Origin: Chiloscyllium plagiosum
Taxonomy: Eukaryota
Assembly (NCBI RefSeq): GCF_004010195.1
Contig: NC_057750.1
Span: forward strand, 7,895,946 to 7,959,945
Direction of reading: 5' to 3'
DNA: 64,000 nt
Shown: one piece after another, positions 23,201 through 37,010 of the stretch
Layout: every line of letters begins with the position of its first letter
Position numbering within the stretch: the first letter of the stretch is position 1
Notes under the pieces: generated by a model
The model's database searches: none
Told to the model about the DNA's origin: nothing
What the model saw: only the letters and a program-made list of their open reading frames with translations
Translations under genes and position numbers: made by a program

Positions 23201-25829
23201 TGTGACACCACCCTATAGGCACCATCAACTGATGCAATTGGTGAGGAATCAGAAGTAACCCTTACCCCCTGAGATGAGGAGACTGCAAGGGTTTAAAGTA
23301 GCCAGCATTTGCTGCCTGATTTACCATCATGGACTCGACCGGCTGAACAGCCTCTATCTACAATCAAGCTTTAGAGAGTCAAACTAGCCCAGAAACAGCA
23401 GCCAGAGCCTCAAGAACACATTGGCTTTTGGAACCTGGGGACCATCTGATAAGGAAATGTTAGTAAAATTACCAACATTAACTCGATCAAACAGCCACGT
23501 CAGAAAGCAGACAGTCTATATATAGATTAACACAGGAATATGAAACCAAAATGTTTTAACCACGACAAGGCTGCGTGACTAGAGAACACAAGTTTCTGGT
23601 GGCTGAAGTCAAGATGCCCCTGAAAGGCTCCACGGTGATAAAAAAAATCAGATTAATAAAGTTTATTTCCCTGTAAACGACTGTTAAAGTACTGAAACAT
23701 CGTTTGACAGATTTAAAAGAACTGTTGACCAAATTTTAACGTATAATATTTACTTGTTTTCACTGGTAAATTGTTCTTAATCCACACCAGCAGGATCAGA
23801 TTCTGCTGCAAGGTGGCAAGAAGTTCATCCTTAAGGCAAATTTCCACACCCTTGAGACCGTGCAAGAGTCTTCACAGAACTAGGAGCAGGAGAAGTCCAT
23901 TCAGTCTCTTTAGCCTAATCCGCTATTCAATATGATCATGTCAGAAGTCACAGGCCACTAGGTTATAGTCCAACAGGTTTATTTGAAATCACAAGCTTTC
24001 AGAGCGCTGCTCCTTTGTCAGGTGAAGTTACTGTCCAACAGTAAGCTGGTGTCACGTAACTTCTGCATTTGTCCAACACAGTCCAACACTGGCACCTCTC
24101 CATCACCAATACAATCATGGTCCATCTCAGCCTCAACTCCAGTTTCTTGCTCAATCCTGCAACCCATTACAAATCAAAAGTTGGTCTATTTCCTCCTTAA
24201 ATTTATTCAGTGTCCCACACACTCTGGGATCGTTAATTCCACAGATTCATGACCCTTGATGACATGTAATTTCTCCTCATCTCTGTTCTACAGCTGCTTA
24301 GGCTAAAGTCTGATCCCTCATTCTCCAGTGCCCTAAAGGGGAAACATCCGTTCTATCTCTACAGAGTGCAATCACTATTGGTACCTAGATTGGCGAGCTA
24401 TAGTAGACCATTCAGCCCATCGAACCAACTGCAACTTCCAATCAGATCATGACTGGTGTCAACCATTTTTTTAAAGCATCTTTGCCCGACATCTGTTGCT
24501 ACCCTGATCCAACAAAAGAAGGCACAAGGTAAACAGCCCAGAAAACAATGATCATCTAAATGTTCAACTAATGTAGCAGGATGTTTTAGGGCTACCAATT
24601 AAGCTGGCCTTGGGGCATCTCTAGGAATTTAAGTATAACCTACAGGCTATTGCTGCAAAGAGAGACCCCCCAAGAAAGAAACTTGAGGAGGCACCAAAGT
24701 GTGTGTTTTGTTTTGAAGAAAAACCCCGATTTACTGATGATAAAAATACAGAGCTTGAATCATTTGGTCTTTTCTCAACCAGGAGATGCAGAGCAGAATG
24801 TCTTTCCACCTGGAAACCATAACAACTGTCAGTAGGAGTGGGGCAGTCAGTCAGGCAATGAAGCCTCCAGGGACACATACAATTAACGTTGGCAACTTTC
24901 ACCTGACAAAGGGAACGATGATCTTGGCTTCATGTATACTGGGGAGAGACAGGTTTGCAGGGACCAGCTCAGTGCAATGGACAGAATGGCCTACTTCCAT
25001 TCTGTTCAATTTGAATATCTCATCCTACAGGGGAGCAGATTTGAGAGATTTTCCATTGATCCAACAAGACACGTTCCTTGCATTTAGTGGAGAGGATTTG
25101 TTGAGATTTCACTTGAGCAATATGAAGAGACATTTCTTGAGCGTCTCTGTTGAGTTAGGAGATGCGTACTTGTTTCGTTTGGTTCAGCAAATAAACTTTA
25201 GATTGAGTAAAGGTCGGTTCCAGGACCAGCCTTCACCCAGTGACGAAGGGGTTGCATGGTGGCTCAGTAGTTCGCACTGCTACCTCACAGCACCCGACTC
25301 CAGCCTTGGGTGACTGTCTGTGTGGAGCTTGTACATTCTCCCTGTGCCTGCATAGGTCTCCTCAGGATGCTCTGGTTTCCTCCCAAAGTCCAAAGATATA
25401 CAGGTTGGGTTCGATTGGCCAAGCTAAATTGCCCATAGTGTCCAGGTGGGCTAGGTGGGTTAGCCATGAGAAACGCAGGGTTACAGGGATAGGTCTGGGT
25501 GGGATGCTCTTCAGAGGGTCAGTGTGGACTTGAGGGGATGTATGCTCCCACTGTAAGGATTCTATGAACTGGCTCTCTGATTAGAATAAGGAAGTCATCA
25601 ATCCTTTTTACACTGCCAACTGAATCAACCCGAAATTTTTTTCTCGCAGAGGATGGCACACCTATGGGATTCTTTACGGCAAATGGCTGTTGAGGCTAGG
25701 CCATTAAATATATTTAAGCTGAGATAGACAGGGTTTTAATCAGAAAGGGAGTCAAGGGTTATGGGGAAAAGGGTTATGGGAGTTGAGGATTATGAGACCA
25801 GCCATAATCAGGCTGAATCACTCAAAGTA

Positions 25830-26128
25830 GATTAGATTAGATTACTTACAGTGTGGAAACAGGCCCTTCGGCCCAACAAGTCCACACCGCCCCGCCGAAG
25901 CGCAACCCACCCATACATTTACCCCTTACCTAACACTACGGACAATTTAGCATGGCCAATTCACCTGAGCTGCACACCTTTGGACTGTGGGAGGAAACCG
26001 GAGCACCCAGAGGAATCCCACACAGACACGGGGAGAACGTGCAAACTCCACACAGTCAGTAGCCTGAGGCAGGAATTGAACCCGGGTCTCTGGTGCTGTG
26101 AGGCAGCAGTGCTAACCACTGTGCCACT
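25830..26128 (-). mobile_element. HE1-like V-SINE
   Basis: Reverse complement of the 53302 family; inverted relative to the copy at 25250-25570. Confidence 0.85.
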
Positions 26129-29100
26129 ATGCACTTGAAATATCATAACCTACAAGACCATAGACCAAGCAATGAAAAGTTGAATTTTTAAAAAATCATT
26201 CACGGGATAAGAGCATCACTGGCTGGGCCAGCATTTATTGCCCAGAGAGCAGTTAAGAATCAATGGCATTGCTCTGGGTCTGAAGTCACGTATAGGCCAG
26301 ACCAGGTAAGGATGGCAGTTTCCTTAGTGAACCAGATGGGATTTTCCCTGAAAATTGATAACGGATTCATAGCCATCATTAGACTCTTTATTCCAGACTT
26401 TTTTTTGGATTCAAGTGCCACCATCGACCCTGGTGGGATTTGAACCCAGGTCTCCAGAACATTATCTGGGTCTAATAGTCCAGCACTAATACTATTAGAT
26501 TAGATTCCCTACAGTTTGGCCCAACAACCCTCCGAAGAGTAACCCACCCAGACCCATTTCCCTCTGACTACTGCACCGAAGATTATGGACAATTTAGCAT
26601 GGCCAATTCACCTAACTTGCACATCGTTGTGACGAAACCAGAGCACCCGGAGGAAACCCACGCAGACACGGGGAGAATATGCAAACTCCACACAGTTGCC
26701 CGAGGCTGGAATTGAACCTGGGTCCCTGGGGCTGTGAGGCTGCAGTGCTAACCACTGAGCCACCGTGCTGCCCCATTAGGCTGATGCCTTCCATCCAGGT
26801 TAAGGGGATTAAGCTGCTGAGCTTGACTTTGGCCACGCCTAGCTCTCTCTGTGCTTTTTAACGTGTTAACCGGGGCCTCTTGCAAACACTTACTTTGTCA
26901 TAAGACAGGATACAACAGCCAGAACAGTCTACAACTATCCCCCCGTAGCCCAGGGGCAGCGGTCTTCAAGGTTTGAAATTATGAGTGAGTTTGACACCAA
27001 CAGCAGGAAGAACCAGTCTGTTGTGAGGCTAGGTTTCCTAATGCTGATCTTTCAAAGAAAAGCCATGACAACAGTAGCTCCTGATTTCAGTAATATTTGT
27101 TTACATCTCCATCCCCACACCATAAGCACACACCATCAGCTCACAGTGGACCTGCAATGAATAAATCAAACAAGCAATCAGGGTGATAAAATGAAGAACT
27201 ATGCTTTCTGGAAATCAGAACCAAAAGCAAAATTGCTGTAGAAACTCAGCAGGGCTGGCAGCATCTGTGCAAGAAAACAACAGAGTTAACATTTCGAGTC
27301 CAGTGACCCTTCTTTGGAATTTTTTCCACATTCGCTCCTGAGATTTTCCAGCCCTTTCTGGTTTTGTTTAGATTAACAGAGTGGCTGTTCCTTCACAATA
27401 AACTCTTATGTTTTAAAAAGAACGACTGGCATTTACAGGAGTGCTATTCCCGGCCGCTGGATGTCTGCAAACACTGCAGACGCAGTCAACTAAGCACTCC
27501 TTGAAGTGGAGGGAACGGAGCAGCAAGTTCGTGCACAGCAAGATCCCATAAGCAGCAATGCAACAATGCACTGATGCTTTTTGTGGTGTGCGATGTCCAT
27601 TCGGGGATAAATATTGCTGAGGACTCCTGGGTTAACTCTCCTTCCAACATACAGCTGTAGAATCTACTTACATCCATTCATAAAGGCAGTTGGGGTGTTG
27701 GTTTAGCGTCTATATCTAAAAAGTGCACCCCATCCTAGTACAACACCCCCTCAGTACTGTGTTAGAATATCAGCCTGAATTAAGAAGCGAGATCTGAAAA
27801 CCATAACCTGCTGACTCAGAGGTTAGAAATCTACTTGGTCATAAAATTTGGCCTTAAACTGACTACACCAAGCCCACGTTACTTTATGAGGAAGTAACTA
27901 AAGACAAAAAAAACAAAAATTTGTTAATGAATACATGTTCAGATAACCTAGAAATGAACCATAAGAAATATAGCAACGAGGGATGAGTTGTATCGGTTTG
28001 GAACATCCTGCCAAAATACTGGTGAAATCAGAATCCGCAGTAATGTGGAAAATCAGATTAGGCATACAAAAAGTGTGCTTTGAGTACTCGGAGTCATAGT
28101 TTCAAATTGGGGGCATCACCATCTGAGGCAGAAATGACAAAATATATTGTCTCTCAGAGGGTCAAGAGGCTTTGGAACTTTCTTTCTCCTTCGGTGGTGG
28201 AAGCAGTGTTTTTGAATTTTTCTAAGGCCAAGATGGATATGTTCGTGATAAACAAGGGAATGAAAAGTTTATTCAAAATCCCAGCATGTGGAAGTAGGCC
28301 ATTCAGCCAATCGAGTCAACGCTGACCCCTGCCTGTCAAAGGTAGGCAGGAATGTGACTTGGAACTATGTCTCTGATCCTGGGTTAAAATTCTGGAACTG
28401 CCTTCTAACCCTGTGGGTGGTCTATGAAGACTGCTCACCACATCTACTCCAGGGGCAAGTGGGGATGAGCAATAAATGCCCTAGGCCTAGCCAGCGATAT
28501 CCACATTCCCTGAACAAATATAAAGGGTGGAGTTGAGTTCACAATCAGATTATCTTATTGAATGGAGGGACCAAGTGGCTTACATTACACAGATTTAGGC
28601 AGAAGTAGGCCTTTTGGCCCTTCAACCCTATTGCATCATTCGATATGATCCTGGCTGATCCTCTCTCACTCAATGCCATACTCCCTGTATGCCTTTGTTG
28701 AGTCGCCACAAAGTTACCAGCCCATAGGGGCTGCTCTCCCATAAGAGAGAGAAGCGACTGGTGGCGATTTACCTGAGGGCCACCAGAGCTCAGGTGAGGG
28801 AAGAGGTTGAGAAGGAGAATCCTTCACAGTAACCTCAAAGTGGTGATAGGAATTGAACCCACACTGCTGACATCATACTGCTCTCCAAACCAACAATCCA
28901 ACGCCCTTTGATACCTTTAAAACCTAAAACAAAATCTCTGATTATTGAATATATTTCGCAACGATAGGGAGAGGGCTGAACAGGCTGTTTTCCCTGGAGT
29001 GTCGGAGGCTGAGGGGTGACCTTACAGAAGTTTATAAAATCATGAGGGGCACGGATAGGGGGAATAGTCAAGGTCTTTTCTCTAGGTTAGGGGAATCCAA

Positions 29101-29982
29101 AACTAGATGGCATAGATTTAAGTTGAGAGGGGAAAGATTGAAAAGGGACCTAAATGCTAGGTTTATTTCCCTGCAGAAGGTGGGGTGTATGGAATGAGCT
29201 GCCAGAGGAAGTGGTGGAGACTGGTACAGTTACAACATTTAAAAGGCATCTAGATGGGTATATGAATAGGAAGGGTTTAGAGGGATATGGGCCAAGTGTT
29301 GGCAAATGGGACCAGATTAGGTTAGGAGTTGGACTGAAGGTTCAGTTTCTGTGCTGAACATCTCTATGACTCGACTTCCACAACCTTCAGTGATAGAGAG
29401 GTTCACCAACATTTGAGTGAAGACATTTTTCAATATCTCACTCCTAAATGTCTAGCCTGAGACTGTGACCCCTGGTTTCAGACTGCCCCAACCATGGGAA
29501 ACATCCTTCCTGCATCTAGTTTGTCCAGCCTGTTTTGAAATGTATAATATTCTCTCAGATCCTTCCTCATCCTTCTAAAGGAAGGTAAAAGGAGACAAGG
29601 TAAAGTTGTCATAGTCCCAGAGGGCTAGAGGGGGTTGAAGCTGGTACAATTACAACATTTAAAAGGCATCTGAATGGGTATATGAATAAGGAGGTTTAGA
29701 GGAATATGGGCCAAATGCTGGGACATGGGGACAGGAAGGACTGCAAATGTTGGAAGTCAGAATCAATAGATGTGAAGCTGGAAAAGCACAGCAGGTCAGA
29801 CAAAATCCGAGGAGCAGGAGGGTCAACGTTTCACACTGAAACCCAAGGGTTGACTTTCCTGTTCCTCGGATGCTGTCTAACCTGTTGTGCTGTTCCATCA
29901 ACTGACACAGGGAAGTAAGGACTAGGTCAGATTGGCGCAGATGAGTTGGACAGTAGGCTCTGTTCCTGTGCTGTATGACTCT

Positions 29983-31010
29983 AACCAGATGGCCTCCTTC
30001 TTTAAAGACCGTAATTTCCCCACCCACATGGTTGAAGATGCCCATCCCACCTCAGCCCTCGAAACCCCCCCTCCAACCGTAACAAGGACAGAATCCCCCT
30101 GGTGCTCACCTTCCACTCTACCAACCTCCGCAAAAACCGCATCATCGCCACCCACAAACGGACCACACCACCAGGGATATATTTCCTCTAAACCCTATCT
30201 GTTTTCCTCAAAGATTGTTCCCTCCGTGACTACCTGGTCAGGTCCACGCCCCCCTACAACCCACCCTCCCCGCCTTGCACCTTCCCCTGCCACCGCAGGA
30301 ATTGCAAAACCTGCGCCCACACCTCCTCCCTCACCTCTATCCAAGGCCCTAAAGGAGCCTTCCACATCCATCAAAGTTTCACCTGCACATCCACCAATAT
30401 AATTTATTGTATCCGTTGCTCCTGATGCAGTCTCTTTTACATATGGAGACTAGACACCTTCTCGCAGAGCGGTTTAGGGAACATCTCCCTAAATTGATCC
30501 CGCACCAATCAACCCCACAGCCCCGTGGCCCAACATTTCAACTCCCCCTCCAAACTCTGCCGAGGACTTGCAGGTCCTGGGCCTCCTTCACCGCCACTCC
30601 CTCACCACTGACGCCTGGAGGAAGAACCCCTCAACCCCAAGGCATCAATGTGAACTTCACCAGTTTCCTCATTTCCCCTCCCCCTACCTTACGCCAGTTC
30701 CAAACTTCCAGCTCAGCACCATCCATATGACCTGTCCTACCTGTCAATCTTCCTTCCCACCTATCCACTCCACCCTCCTTTCCGACCTATCACCACCCTT
30801 CCTCCAGCCACCGACTGCATTCACAACTACCTTCTCCCCAGCCTCACCCCCCTCCCACTTATCTCTCCACCCTCCCCGGAGGCTCCCAGCCTCATTCCTG
30901 ATAAAGGGCTCATGCCTTAAACGTCGATTTTCCTGCTCCTCTGATGCTGCCTGACCTGCTGTGCTTTTCCAGCACCAGTCTAATCTCCAGCATCTGCAGT
31001 CCTCACTTCC
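29983..31010 (+). mobile_element. Penelope-like element 3' part (decayed GIY-YIG endonuclease + terminal repeat)
   Basis: Frameshifted IYCIRCS...YxGET...LAERFREHL GIY-YIG-like signature, followed by the CTGATxAAGGGC...AACGTCGA terminal repeat. Confidence 0.75.
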
Positions 31011-31348
31011 CTCTAACCGGAGTGTCAGGCTAGGGGAGAGGATGAGAAGGACAGAATTTCATGGTAACCTCAGCCAGTGTGGCAATTGAGCCCATCTAGC
31101 TAACCCATCGGCATGAACAGCGCCTTTCAAAACGCCCCGCCTCCTCCCCCCCAAAAATAAACATTTGCTGCTGTTGCAATTCGGAAGGACGGGGAAAGGG
31201 ACGTCCGAAGGCGTTTGGAGGGGGAGGGGAGGGGAGGGGTGGAGTGTGTGAGAGCATTTTCAAAGAATTGGCGCCCACACATCGCCTTTTCAACTGGGCT
31301 GCCGTCTCAGTGACCGTTCCAGTCAGACAACCATCTTTCCTCTTCCAA

Positions 31349-31368
31349 CCACGTGGCAGATTGCATCA
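31349..31368. promoter_or_regulatory. Composite E-box (CCACGTGG) + C/EBP-ATF response element (TGATGCAAT) in intron 1
   Basis: CACGTG 31350-31355, 4-bp gap, ATTGCATCA 31360-31368, in unique GC-rich sequence. Confidence 0.6.
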
Positions 31369-31694
31369 GAAAATGCTCACAGGGGGCGTGAAAAAAAAAT
31401 CACCTACAGGCAGACAGACACTCCTGTACAATGTGGGCAGGAAAGGTTAGCTTTGAAAACGGAGAGAAACCTTTAAAACTGTGAAACATATGGTCGAGAA
31501 ATTCAAAACTAAATTAAACCTTTCAGAAAATGACCTCCATCACTCTTTCCCCCAAGCCTCGATACCCACTTTCTTAAAAATAAAACTTTGCTGAAATTGT
31601 GCGTTCAGTTTTCTGCTCAACTATGTAACTATTTTAATCAGAACTGGTTGCAATATCTATATTTTTTAAAAAGAAGTGGGGGTGAAACATTTAC

Positions 31695-32281
31695 CTTATA
31701 AGATCCAGAAAGGAATCGGTGACCTCTTTAGGATCCGGTAGTGTATCTTCCAAGCCCGGTAGCTCAGGGTTGGCTTCGGCGCCGTCTCCGGGCTTGACGA
31801 TAAAAGCCATGCTCACCCCGATGGCCGAAGCGATGAGGGTGGTCAGTAAGAAGAACAGCATCGCCCAGCCGCCCAGCTTGCCCAGGGCTCGGGGGTCGAG
31901 ACTGGCGGCCCCGGACACTAAGCTGCACACCACCAGCGGGATGATGATCATCTTCAGCAGCCGCAGCAGCAGCTCTCCCGGGAAGGAGAAGTAGATAATC
32001 TGGACCCTGTTGAGGTGCAGGTTTCTCACCGACAGGCCGATCGCTACGCCGGTGATCACCCCGATCACGGTCAGGATCACCAGGAGGTTGGAGCTGATGC
32101 AACCCTTGATTTTCCTCATCTTGCTGGCGGCCTCGGGCTCCCTGAACGATACATTGTCACCGCCGCTCGATACATTGTTGCCATCGTCTGATACTTTGTT
32201 ACCATTCGCAGTCTTCTCAGAGTCCGAGTAGATGTTTCCATTCGAAACCCCCTTCGGACAATCGCTGCTCAACGTGGCCAT
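31695..32281 (-). CDS. SLC1A5: SLC1A5/ASCT2 coding exon 1 (587 nt, MATLSS...DSFLDLIR)
   Basis: ATG in strong Kozak context (ATC ATG G). Contains SLC1 motifs FPGELLLRLLKMIIIPLVVCSLVSGAASLD and DSFLDL. Ends AG|GTAAAT, phase 2. Confidence 0.95.
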
Positions 32282-32590
32282 GATTCCTTCGTAAATTCAC
32301 TTCTCCCTCCCTATCTCTCACCAGTTCAGGCCAGCGGAGTTTATTCAATTGGGAAAATCTACTTCTGGAAACGCTCTTGTTTGCGCGCGCGAGGTAGAAA
32401 TTGACAGGAAATGTTGTTTGAAACTGACTCGTTCCGTGGGACGGACGAGGTACACATTGCAAAGGGCGGTGGGCGAGCTCGTTCAATCACGATAGGAGCG
32501 GAAATATAGCAACCAATCCCTCGTCTGCATAGATAAAGGTCCCTCTACTGGCCAGGAGTAAGCAGAGAAGGGGAGAGAGATATATACAAA
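31700..32590 (-). promoter_or_regulatory. CpG-rich exon 1 and proximal promoter of SLC1A5
   Basis: CpG density is visibly higher than in the rest of the window. GC box GGGCGG 32464-32469, CCAAT 32513-32517, TATATA near 32581. TSS cannot be determined from sequence. Confidence 0.7.
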
Positions 32591-32701
32591 CGCACACTTT
32601 TTTTTTTCAAATCCATTTACAGAGTGTGGTCCTTTGCTGAAGGGGCCAGCATTTGTTGTCTCTTCAGCTGGTGATGGCGAACTGCTTTCTGTAGCCCATC
32701 T

Positions 32702-33335
32702 TGAACATAGAACATTACAGCTCAGTACAGGCCCTTGGTCCACGATGTTGCGGCGACCTATGGAACTAATCTGAAGCCCATCTAACCTACACCACTCCAT
32801 TTTCATCCATATGTTTATCAAACGACCATTGAAGTGCCCCTAAAGTTGGCGAGTCTACTACAGTTGCAGGCAGGGCGTTCCGCGCCTTTACTACTGCCTG
32901 AGTAAAGAACCTACCTCTGACATCTGTCCTATATCTATCACCCCTCAATTTAAAGTTATGTCCCCTCATGCTAGCCATCACCATTCAAGCAAAAAGGCTC
33001 TCACTGTCCACCCTATCTAATCCTCTGATCATCTTCTTTGTCTCTATTAAGTCACTTTTTAACCTTCTTCGTTCTAACGAAAACAGCCTCAAGTCCCTCA
33101 GCCTTTCCTCAAGTAAGATCTTCCCTCCATGCCAGGTAACATTCTGGTAAATCTCCTCTGAACCATTTCCAAAACTTGCACATTCTCCCTATAATGCGGT
33201 GATCAGAACTGTACGCAATACTCCAAGTGCGGCCTCACCATAGTTTGTACAGCTGCAACATGACCTCATGCCTCCGAAACTGAATCCCTCTACCAATAAA
33301 AGCTAACACACTGTACGCCTTCTTAACAAACCTGG
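32702..33335 (-). mobile_element. CR1-type LINE 3' fragment immediately upstream of the promoter
   Basis: RGHNFKLRG...FFTQAVV motif; (TTCTATG) tail. Confidence 0.8.
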
Positions 33336-36300
33336 GTTAAGACACCCAAAGTGCTGTTATCAGGAGGGAGTTCCAGGATTTTGACTGAGCCACATTGCAG
33401 GGTCAGTGATGTATTTCCAAGTGATGGAAGTTTACAAAATTATGAGATGATGTAGAGGTGCCAGTGTTGGACTGGGGCGGACAAGGTCAGAAGTCACATG
33501 ACTTCAACTCCAACAGGTTTATTTGAAATCACAAGCTTTTGGAGCGCTACTCCTTCACATGACAATGGAGCAGTGCTCTGAAAGCTTGTGATCTCAAATA
33601 GACCTGATGGACTACAACCCTGGTGTCATGTGACTTCTGAAAATTATGAGGGGCATGGAAGTCAGAGCCTTTTTCCCAAGGAAGAAATGTCAATTATTAG
33701 GGGTCATGGGGTTTAAAGAAAAAGAGGAAAAGTTTAAAGGAGATGTGAGAGGTAAGGTTTATTTCCAGGATGGTAAGTGCCTGGAATGCTAGAGGCAGAT
33801 ACTGGAGCAATGTTTAAGTGGCACTTTGATAGATACACTAATAGGCAGGGAATAGAGGGAGGTGCACTGTGTAGAGGCAAAAGGTTTTTAGTTTAGAAAG
33901 GCATCATGTGTCAACACCAGCTTGGTGGGCCGAGTGGCCTGTACTGCTCTTTGTGAGTGGTTTGGAAGGGAACTTGAAGGGGTTGGTGTTCCCATGCTGC
34001 CTTTGTCCTTTTAGGGGATCAAGGCTGTGAATTTGGAAGTTGGTGTCATCTTGGTGAGTTACTGGCACGTACTGCTTCCATTCTGCATTGGTGACAGGGG
34101 AAGGGCAAAGTGAGGATAGTGGATGTGGTACCAGTCAAGTCGGCTGCTTTGTCCTGGATAATGTCGAGCTTAGAGTTCATAGAGTCACAGAGGTGTACAA
34201 AACGGAAACAGACCCTTCGGTCCAACTCGTCCATGTCAATCAGATACCCTAAATCAATCTAATCCCATTTGCCAGCACTTGGCCCATTTCCCTCTAAACC
34301 CTTCCTATTCATATACCCATCCAGATGCCTTTTCAATGTTGTAATTGTACCAGCCTCCACCATTCTGTGTACATTCCTTACATGCACCACCCTTTGTGTG
34401 AAAAGTTGCCCCTTAGGTCTCTTTTAACTCTTTCCCCTCTAACCCTAAATCTATGCCCTCTCATTCTGGAGTCCTTCTTGAATGTTGTTGGAGCTGCACC
34501 CATTCAGGCAGGTGGGGAGTATTCCAGCACACTCCTGGCTTGTGCCTTGTCAATGGTGGATTTTGGGGAGTCAGGAGGTGAGTTACTTGGTGCAGGATTC
34601 CTAGCATTTGACCTGCTCTTGTAGCCATAGTATTTATATGGGTTCAGTTCTGGTCAATGATAATCTCCAGGATGATACAGTGATGCTAATGCTGCCGAAT
34701 GTCAGTGGGTGATAGTCAGATTCTCATTTGTTGGAGATGGTCATTGCGTATCATCTGTATGATGTGAATGTAACTTTCCACCTGTCAGCCCAAGCCTGGA
34801 TATTGCCCAGATCTTGTTGCATTTGAACACGGACTGTTAAACATTGTTAAACATCCCCACTTCTGACCTTATGATGGAGGGAAGGTCATTGTTAAAGCAG
34901 CTGAAGATGGTTGGGCCTGGGACACTACCTTGAGGAACTCCTGCAGAGGTGTCCTGGAGCTGAGCCAACATCCACAGCCATCTTCCTTTATATCTGATAT
35001 GACCCAAAGAGCTGAGAGATTTTCCCCTGATTCCTATTGAATCTGGTTTTGTTTAGGCTTCTTGGAGCCATACTCAGTCCAATGTGGCCTTGATGTCAGG
35101 GACAGCCAACTCAGCTTTAGAGTTCAGCTCTTTTATCCATGTTCAGGCTATAATGAAGCTGACAAAGTCATACTCGACTCAACATTAACTCTAGGTGATG
35201 GTGAGGACTGCAGATGCTGGAGATTAGAGTCAAGATTAGAGTGGTGCTGGAAAAGCACAGCAGGTCAGGCAGCATCCAAGGAGCAGGAAAATCAACATTT
35301 CAGGCATTCCTGAGCCTGATGAAGGGCTCCTCCCCAAAATGTCAATTTTCCTGGATGACTCTCAACTGCCCTCTGGGCAATTAGGAATGGGAGTTCCAAC
35401 CTTCCAGCTCAGCACTGTCCCCATGACCTGTCCTACCTGCCACTGAGCCTGATGAAGGGCTCCTCCCCAAAATGTCAATTTTCCTGTTCCTCGGATGCTG
35501 CCTGCTCTGCTGTGTTTTTTCAGCACCATTCTAATCTTGACTCAACATTACCTCTGTCCCTCTCTCCACAGATGCTGCTGGATCTGCTGCGTTTCTCCAG
35601 CACTGTCTGTTTCTGTTCCACATTTCCAGCATCCACAGTGTTTTGCTTTTGTTACAGGAGTTGAGTGGCTTTGTGGAATTGAAACTGAGTGTCAGTGTAC
35701 CATTACAATTGCTATTTAGTAGTGCTGTCAACAATACCCTCTGTCACCTTGCTGTGAATTGGCTGGCTGGAATTCATCCTGACACTGGGTACAGGACACC
35801 GTAAAATTTCCACTCTGATGGGAAGATGCCAATGTTATGGCTGTAGTGGCTTGGGGCATGATTCAGAACAGATTTATCAGCTCAAAACTGGCCATCCGTG
35901 AGCCGCTGTCAGATGCAGCAGAACTGTACTCAACCACAATCTATAATCCCCTGGCCCAGTAAATCCTTCACTCTATCATTACTATCAGCCCAAGTCCAAT
36001 GAAATGTGTGGGGGAGCATGCCAGGAAAGAACTTGGCATAGCTCTGAAAACTAAAGTGTCAACCCGGTGAAACATCAACAGGGTGGATGTGGGTACAATT
36101 ACAACTTTTAAAAGACATTTGGATAAATACAGTGAATAGGGAAAGGTTTGGAGGGATATGGGCCAGGAGCAGGCAGGTGGAACTAGTTTAGTTTGGGATT
36201 ATGGTCAGTATGGACTGGTTGGATTGAAGAGTCTGTTTCTGTGTTGTATGACTCTGAGGCAACTTACTTGCCATACAGCAGAAGTACATGTGAGATAGAG

Positions 36301-36698
36301 CCCTTAAGAGGAAAAGTAGCCCTAATGATAAAGGAACTTATAGTCTGGGACTTTCTTCAAGGAGGTTGAGAAGGGGCCTTACAGAAGTTTATAAAACCAT
36401 GAGGAGTTTGCATAGAGTTCATGGTAGTTATGGGGGAGATGATAGCCTGTCACTGGACTGTTAACCTAGAAACCCAGGGTAATGTTCCAGGGACCTGGGT
36501 TCGAATCCCACCATCATAAATATCTGGAATTAAGGGTCTAATGACTGCTATTAATCCATTGCCAATTATTGGAAAAACCCATCTGGTTCCCTTTAGGGAA
36601 GGAAGTCTGCCATCCTTACCTGGTCTGGCCTACATGTGACTCCAGACCCACAACAAGTGGTGACTCTCAACTGCCCTCTGGGCAATTAGGAATGGGAG

Positions 36699-37010
36699 TT
36701 CCAACCTTCCAATTCAGCACTTTCCCCATGACCTGTCCTACCTGCCAATCTCCCTTCCACTCCACCCTCCTCTCTGACCTATCACCTCCATCCCCACCCC
36801 CATTCACTATTGTACTCCTTGCTACCTTATCCCCAGACCCACCCCCATTTATCTCTCCACCCTGGAGGCTTCCTGCCTCTATTCCCGATGAAGGGCTTTT
36901 GCCCAAAACGTTGATTTTCCTGCTCCTTAGATGCTGTCTGACCTGCTGTGCTTTTCCAGCACCACTTTGATCTAAACGCTGGTTTCCAGCATGTGCAGTC
37001 CTCACTTTTG
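36699..37010 (+). mobile_element. Penelope-like terminal region inserted into a tRNA-SINE
   Basis: Matches 30697-31010; the host SINE resumes at about 37013. Confidence 0.65.

Noticed and set aside
24786..25313. 175-aa ORF in intron 1
   Set aside because: No recognisable domain, antisense to the host gene, and it runs into a SINE.
2050..32281. Assignment as SLC1A4 (ASCT1) or an EAAT
   Set aside because: TM8 DRTC (Cys), the NLVSAAF motif and C-terminal ESVM match ASCT2; EAATs have Arg at this position.
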